Notes under the pieces: model-generated
The model's input: the letters and a program-made list of their open reading frames with translations, nothing else
Told to the model about the DNA's origin: nothing
Database searches by the model: none
Translations under genes and position numbers: made by a program
From: an archaeon
GTDB taxonomy: Archaea > EX4484-52 > B79-G9
Direction: 5' to 3'
Assembly: GCA_043813875.1 (NCBI GenBank)
Contig: JBDRKP010000065.1
Coordinates: 1 to 12,509 of the forward strand
DNA: 12,509 nucleotides
Shown here: positions 9,092 to 12,509 of the stretch, in pieces
Numbering within the stretch: the first letter of the stretch is position 1
Layout of the letters: the number at the start of each line of letters is the position of its first letter

Positions 9092-9922
9092 TCATATCAA
9101 GTGCGATAGTCTTTCTATGTCACGGTTTGTCACGTGGGTGTAAATCTGCGTTGTCCTTATGTCTTTGTGGCCTAGAAGCTTTTGGATGTGGCGTATATCC
9201 GCGCCATTGTCTAGTAAATGGGTTGCAAAGGCGTGCCTTAATGTGTGAGGTGTTGCTTTTTTGTTAAATGTTGGCAGAGTTGATGCTTTTTTTACTATCT
9301 TCTGGATTGTTTTTTTGTTGTATCTTGTTCCTCTTTTTGATATGAAAATGAAGCCTTTGTCTTTGATGTCGTGTAGTTTCAAGACTCCTTTTAGGCTGTT
9401 GTGGAGGAAAACTATGCGGTGTTTGTCACCTTTTGCTGTCTTTAAGTGTATGATTGAGCGTTCAAAGTCAATGTCCTGCCACATGAGGTTTCTTACTTCG
9501 TCGAGCCTTAAGCCTGCGTAGTACAAAAACATCAAGATGAGCCGATGTTTGAGATTTGCGGTCGAGTTGATTATGATGTCTATGTCGTGCCTGCTTAGGA
9601 TGACGGGAAGTTTCTGATCTTTTTTTGCCAGAGGGATTTTTTGATTGAAATCAATGTCTAAGACGTGATTGTGGAAGAATTTCAGGGCAAAATAGTTTGT
9701 TCTTACGGTGGAGTTGGATTTCTCTGATTGCATTAAGAGATAGTCTCTTGGGCTTTTTCCTGTTTTGAGGTAGTTTTTGATTATTGATATGTAGACTTTT
9801 CCTGTCTCGTAGGAGTATTTGCGTAGTTTGATTTCTTCGATTAGTTTGCCGATGAGGCGATATATCTCATCTGGTGTGTGAATGATTGTGGGATTTTGGT
9901 CTTGAGTTTTTGTGTATATCAT
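9092..9922 (-). CDS. Tyrosine recombinase, integron-integrase-like / XerA-like (~276 aa)
   Basis: Catalytic set YAGLRLDE (R), AKGDK (K), HTLRH (HxxR), LLGH, TTQIYTHV (Y). N-terminal LRKYSYET..VY and KLPVILS resemble IntI. Start reassigned to ATG 9922 because the longer 10069 frame runs through the att region and a TATA-like box lies ~25 bp upstream of 9922. Confidence 0.9.
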   Translation of the reverse strand: MIYTKTQDQNPTIIHTPDEIYRLIGKLIEEIKLRKYSYETGKVYISIIKNYLKTGKSPRDYLLMQSEKSNSTVRTNYFALKFFHNHVLDIDFNQKIPLAKKDQKLPVILSRHDIDIIINSTANLKHRLILMFLYYAGLRLDEVRNLMWQDIDFERSIIHLKTAKGDKHRIVFLHNSLKGVLKLHDIKDKGFIFISKRGTRYNKKTIQKIVKKASTLPTFNKKATPHTLRHAFATHLLDNGADIRHIQKLLGHKDIRTTQIYTHVTNRDIERLSHLI

Positions 9923-9942
9923 CTGATTGAATGAGGTTTTTT

Positions 9943-9953
9943 TAGATATAAGT
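9943..9953 (-). promoter_or_regulatory. Putative TATA box of the recombinase gene (possibly a leaderless transcript)
   Basis: Minus strand reads ACTTATATCTA, ~25 nt upstream of ATG 9922. Confidence 0.4.
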
Positions 9954-9996
9954 ATTGTGGATAGGGTTTGCCGATAGCCGATATAATTAAATCGCC

Positions 9997-10067
9997 AAAA
10001 AGTTCGCTTTTTGCTCATTTTTTGAGGGTTAAACGAACTAAAAGTTCGTTTAATAGTTGTTATATTC
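9997..10067 (+). other. attI-like primary recombination site
   Basis: Upstream of the divergent recombinase. Direct repeat AAAAGTTCG (9998-10006, 10040-10048), perfect 11-bp inverted repeat TTAAACGAACT-AAA-AGTTCGTTTAA (10029-10053), then the core GTTATATTC (10059-10067). Confidence 0.65.
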
Positions 10068-10221
10068 AATCGTCGTGTAGAATTATTAGGGGGGGGTTTC
10101 CGCCTTTAGTGCTACGCACATTTAGCCTTTTTCTACGAAAAAGAATTTATAAGGGGGATTTCCTAAGTCCTGCGAACATTTTGCCTCACTTCGTGAGAAT
10201 ATTAATAGAAAGAGAGGGCGT
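10066..10221 (+). repeat. Non-coding cassette module, copy A (imperfect inverted repeat of 11772-11910)
   Basis: Five colinear blocks shared with the reverse complement of copy B: TCGTCGTGT, GGGGGTTTCCGCC, AAAAAGAAT, GGGGGATTT, AGAGAGGGCGT. Confidence 0.75.
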
Positions 10222-10222
10222 T

Positions 10223-11569
10223 TTATTCTAATTTTGCTCCCTTTTTACGATTACATTCAATACATAAAAGTTGTCCATTTTCAACTATGGATCTTCCGGT
10301 TTTACTATGAGGGACTATATGGTCTGCCTCAAATTCTGCCCAAAGTATCTCTTTCTTACAATTTTGACATAATCCTCCTGCTTTTCTAAATATCTCAATT
10401 TTATCTTTCAAATTAAATGCCCTTTTTTCATCTAATTCCGCAATATGAGGACATTTTGCAAAGAATGATGAAGTTATAATCATATCTCTAGATATTAAAC
10501 TAGCCTTGTCTTGTTGTCGTTTGTTACTAAATCTAATAATTTCATCATCTTCGTCATTTTGTTTTATCCACCTGCTAAAAAAATCAAAAATAAACTCTCT
10601 AAATTCAGGATAATTATTTTTTCCGAAATTATACTTTTTTGAGTTTAATTTTCTTAACAAAATATATGTAGAAATAATAAAATATTCCCTACTAAGCATG
10701 ATAGCTTCTCCTTTCTTATCTTTAAATTTTTGATCATTAAATATTTCATATAATATCTTTAACATATTTAGACAATTTATAACTTCTTTCTTCTTTTCAA
10801 ATTCACTAAGAGGCATATTTGAATAGTGATCCATTAATTTTGTAATTTCAGTATCTTTTAGTTCTGAGGGACCATCTTCAAACTCAATTATTAGAAATCG
10901 TGCCAATAATGCAAGATTTTGCAAACGATCATTATTTTGTTTAATTATTTTAAAAAATTTGTGTCTATCTGGATTTTCATCCTTTGAGAGATATTCCTTA
11001 TCATTGAAGGAGATATCATCAGCATATTTTACTATAAAATTTCTAGATGCACTATATAATTTAGAATGCTCAATTTCAAAATTACTTAGGGGGACCCCGG
11101 AATTTAGTCTTTGAAAAATTCCCGAAACGATCTTTTGGTGTTTTTTGTTGTGAGGATCATTTATTATCCCTATCTTACTACAGGGCAATACTAATTCTTC
11201 AAAATATTCTTGAACTTCTGGATCCATTTTAGAGAATAATCTTCCTCCGAATTTATCATTTATTTCATTTAGTACCAAGGGGGTTTTAAATCCATCTTCA
11301 AAAAATTCTTGAATTGCAGTAATTCTTTGCTGTCCATCAATAACATCAAACTTTAAAACTCCTTCTTTTGGAACAACTTCTCTTAAGATAATTCTTGGAA
11401 CAAAATATTTTCTAAATAAGCTCTCAATAAATTTCTGTTTTTTAATAGGAGGCCAAACATTTTTTCTTTGATAGGGTGGCCTTTTAATGTAGAGATTTTT
11501 TTTATTATTAAAATCTTTAAGATAAATTTCTCCATCCGTGGCCATAAAATCGGTTTTAATGTGAATCAT
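10223..11569 (-). CDS. DUF262 (ParB-like, GmrS-type) domain fused to a C-terminal HNH endonuclease; probable restriction/defence nuclease
   Basis: DUF262 motifs RPPYQRKNVW, IESL, VIDGQQRITAI, FQRLNSGVPLS. C-terminal CQNC…EADHIVPHSKTG…NGQLLCIECNRKKG (Zn-binding HNH). Confidence 0.88.
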   Translation of the reverse strand: MIHIKTDFMATDGEIYLKDFNNKKNLYIKRPPYQRKNVWPPIKKQKFIESLFRKYFVPRIILREVVPKEGVLKFDVIDGQQRITAIQEFFEDGFKTPLVLNEINDKFGGRLFSKMDPEVQEYFEELVLPCSKIGIINDPHNKKHQKIVSGIFQRLNSGVPLSNFEIEHSKLYSASRNFIVKYADDISFNDKEYLSKDENPDRHKFFKIIKQNNDRLQNLALLARFLIIEFEDGPSELKDTEITKLMDHYSNMPLSEFEKKKEVINCLNMLKILYEIFNDQKFKDKKGEAIMLSREYFIISTYILLRKLNSKKYNFGKNNYPEFREFIFDFFSRWIKQNDEDDEIIRFSNKRQQDKASLISRDMIITSSFFAKCPHIAELDEKRAFNLKDKIEIFRKAGGLCQNCKKEILWAEFEADHIVPHSKTGRSIVENGQLLCIECNRKKGAKLE

Positions 11570-11712
11570 TTCCTGTCCCCCTTCCCCCTCAATTCCTCAA
11601 CCATAAAATTCTCAAACTGCTTCGACAAAATAATACCTTTTTGTTCGCAGTGTTTTCTGTATTCTTCATAAACTCCTTCTTCAACACTTAATGATACGGT
11701 TCTTTTTGCCAT
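11566..11712 (-). CDS. Small ribbon-helix-helix (CopG/Arc-like) DNA-binding protein, 48 aa (MAKRTVSLSVEEGVYEEYRKHCEQKGIILSKQFENFMVEELRGKGDRK)
   Basis: Translated by hand; below the ORF-track cutoff. Alternating beta-strand RTVSLSV followed by two amphipathic helices with a KG-I-LS turn. Its TGA overlaps the DUF262 ATG (ATGA). Confidence 0.75.
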   Translation of the reverse strand: MAKRTVSLSVEEGVYEEYRKHCEQKGIILSKQFENFMVEELRGKGDRK

Positions 11713-11728
11713 ATTTACCAATCCATTT

Positions 11729-11768
11729 ATGTATATATAAGCTTAAATGTAACTTATTTATAAATCTT
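11729..11768 (-). promoter_or_regulatory. Putative archaeal promoter (and operator) of the RHH-DUF262 operon
   Basis: Minus strand has AAGATTTATAAATAAG (11768-11753) and CTTATATATACAT (11741-11729). ATGTA is repeated at 11729 and 11747. Confidence 0.5.
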
Positions 11769-11771
11769 ACG

Positions 11772-11910
11772 ACGCCCTCTCTAAAAAATCTTCTTTTTGT
11801 AAAAAGAACCAAAAACAACGCAAATCCCCCCACTATTCTTTTTTTATAAAAAATAAGCAAAAAACGGCGGCGGAAACCCCCATAAAAAACTATAGACACG
11901 ACGACTTTGA
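11772..11910 (-). repeat. Non-coding cassette module, copy B (inverted relative to 10066-10221)
   Basis: Top-strand blocks ACGCCCTCTCT 11772-11782, AAATCCCCC 11822-11830, ATTCTTTTT 11835-11843, GGCGGAAACCCCC 11869-11881, ACACGACGA 11896-11904. Confidence 0.75.
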
Positions 11911-11957
11911 TTTTTTGCCTTCGGCATCGTTGCACTAAAAATCAATCCCTATCGGGA

Positions 11958-12089
11958 GAATATAACAGCGATTAAGAGATTCCGAAGTCTTGCAGACTTC
12001 TCCATCCAAATTCGGTTTTTGTGGGTTGCCTCAAAACCTACGGGGAAATAAATCCTTCGGATTTACTTCTCTTAATCGCGATGTTAGTT
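11958..12089 (+). other. attC-like cassette recombination site (~130 bp hairpin)
   Basis: Left arm GAATATAAC-A-GCGATTAAGAGA; right arm TCTCTTAATCGC-GA-T-GTTAGTT. TAACA pairs with TGTTA, followed by a perfect 12-bp stem (11968-11979 with 12068-12079). Three internal hairpins form the variable terminal structure. Confidence 0.8.
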
Positions 12090-12254
12090 TCAATTGAGAA
12101 TTCGCCGTCCTATATAATTTAAAATCGCCCTTTAGCCATCCCCCGACCACCCGTCCCAGTTACGAGGTGCGCGCCTGTCCTTCGGACAATTTGTGAAACT
12201 TCGTTTCAAATTTATTTAGAAATAATCTTTTTTCCGCCGCCGAAAAATTTTGAT

Positions 12255-12271
12255 AGAAAGTTTTATATAAG
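12255..12271 (+). promoter_or_regulatory. Archaeal BRE-TATA-like promoter inside cassette 2
   Basis: AGAAAGTTTTATATAAG: a purine-rich BRE-like stretch followed by TTTATATA. Confidence 0.6.
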
Positions 12272-12365
12272 TCTTTCTTTTACTTTTATTGTGGGGTGAT
12301 GGTACCTCAGAAACCTTATTCTGAATCACAATAAAGTTTAAATAAACTAAATGCAGCTTAAGAAC

Positions 12366-12509
12366 ATGGAAAAAGCATATCAACCATCCAGAGAACAGCA
12401 AGACTATCTTGAGATTAGTTCTGTTTTGGAAAATGCACCTTACCTTCTTAACGAAGGTAGAAGTTTGAGTTATGTTGGTGCAGGAAAATCCAAATCTGGA
12501 ACTTGTAAT
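12366..12509 (+). CDS. 5' part of a hypothetical cassette gene (MEKAYQPSREQQDYLEISSVLENAPYLLNEGRSLSYVGAGKSKSGTCN…), partial
   Basis: Open to the window edge, downstream of the BRE-TATA. An alternative in-frame ATG lies at 12351. Confidence 0.5.
   Translation, partial: MEKAYQPSREQQDYLEISSVLENAPYLLNEGRSLSYVGAGKSKSGTCN

Larger units (their letters stand above)
10060..12083 (+). mobile_element. Integron-like gene cassette 1 (2024 bp) carrying an inverted RHH + DUF262-HNH operon
   Basis: Runs from G|TT at 10059/10060 to G|TT at 12083/12084. GTTATATTC (10059-10067) is the exact reverse complement of the attC left end GAATATAAC (11958-11966). The cargo is visibly more AT-rich than the his operon. 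Confidence 0.75.
12084..12509 (+). mobile_element. Start of putative cassette 2 (runs off the window)
   Basis: Begins at the attC G|TT. GTTAGTTTCAAT resembles the cassette 1 start GTTATATTCAAT. It shares TTTCCGCCGCCG (12231-12242) and TTC-loop hairpins with the cassette 1 modules. Confidence 0.6.

Noticed and set aside
334..9521. Numerous antisense and alternate-frame ORFs overlapping the his genes and the recombinase
   Set aside because: They are shadow ORFs of well-supported genes and have no recognisable motifs.
10034..10048. CGAAC-TAAAA-GTTCG as a Gram-positive-type LexA (SOS) box controlling the integrase
   Set aside because: The spacer is 5 nt rather than the canonical 4, the palindrome extends well beyond the box, and the host appears archaeal.
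10029..10067. dif site for a housekeeping Xer recombinase
   Set aside because: dif has two 11-bp arms around a 6-bp spacer. Here the spacer is 3 bp, and the match to the attC left end explains the adjacent GTT better.
9923..10069. 49-aa N-terminal extension of the recombinase given by the ORF track
   Set aside because: It starts at a non-ATG codon, runs through the attI-like palindrome and has no recombinase-like sequence. ATG 9922 has a suitably placed TATA-like box.
11681..11935. 84-aa minus-strand ORF, and similarly 9968-10231 (+), 11468-11671 (+) and 12216-12401 (-)
   Set aside because: These are low-complexity translations of repeat, att or promoter DNA, or lie antisense to better-supported genes.
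10066..12250. CRISPR array, tRNA or IS/MITE explanation for the hairpin-rich DNA
   Set aside because: There are no regularly spaced identical repeats, no cloverleaf, no transposase and no evident target-site duplication.

Overview
The window has two parts. (1) 705-9087 (+) is a complete, tightly packed histidine biosynthesis operon: hisG, hisD, hisB, a hisC::HAD-phosphatase fusion, hisH, hisF, a hisA::hisI::hisE triple fusion, and hisS. One or two unknown ORFs precede it. TATA-like boxes and GGAGGTG/GGTGA ribosome-binding sites suggest an archaeal host (inference). (2) 9092-12509 looks like the start of an integron-like cassette array. A tyrosine recombinase (- strand) has IntI-like motifs but appears to lack the IntI-specific insertion. 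Upstream of it is an attI-like site (11-bp perfect palindrome, then GTTATATTC at 10059). A 2024-bp first cassette follows, carrying an inverted, self-promoted operon of an unannotated ribbon-helix-helix gene plus a DUF262-HNH nuclease. The cassette ends in an attC-like hairpin (11958-12089) whose left end, GAATATAAC, is the exact complement of the cassette's first bases. A second cassette then begins. The non-coding cassette DNA contains two inverted ~150-bp modules and eight mini-hairpins that all have GNA triloops on the bottom strand.
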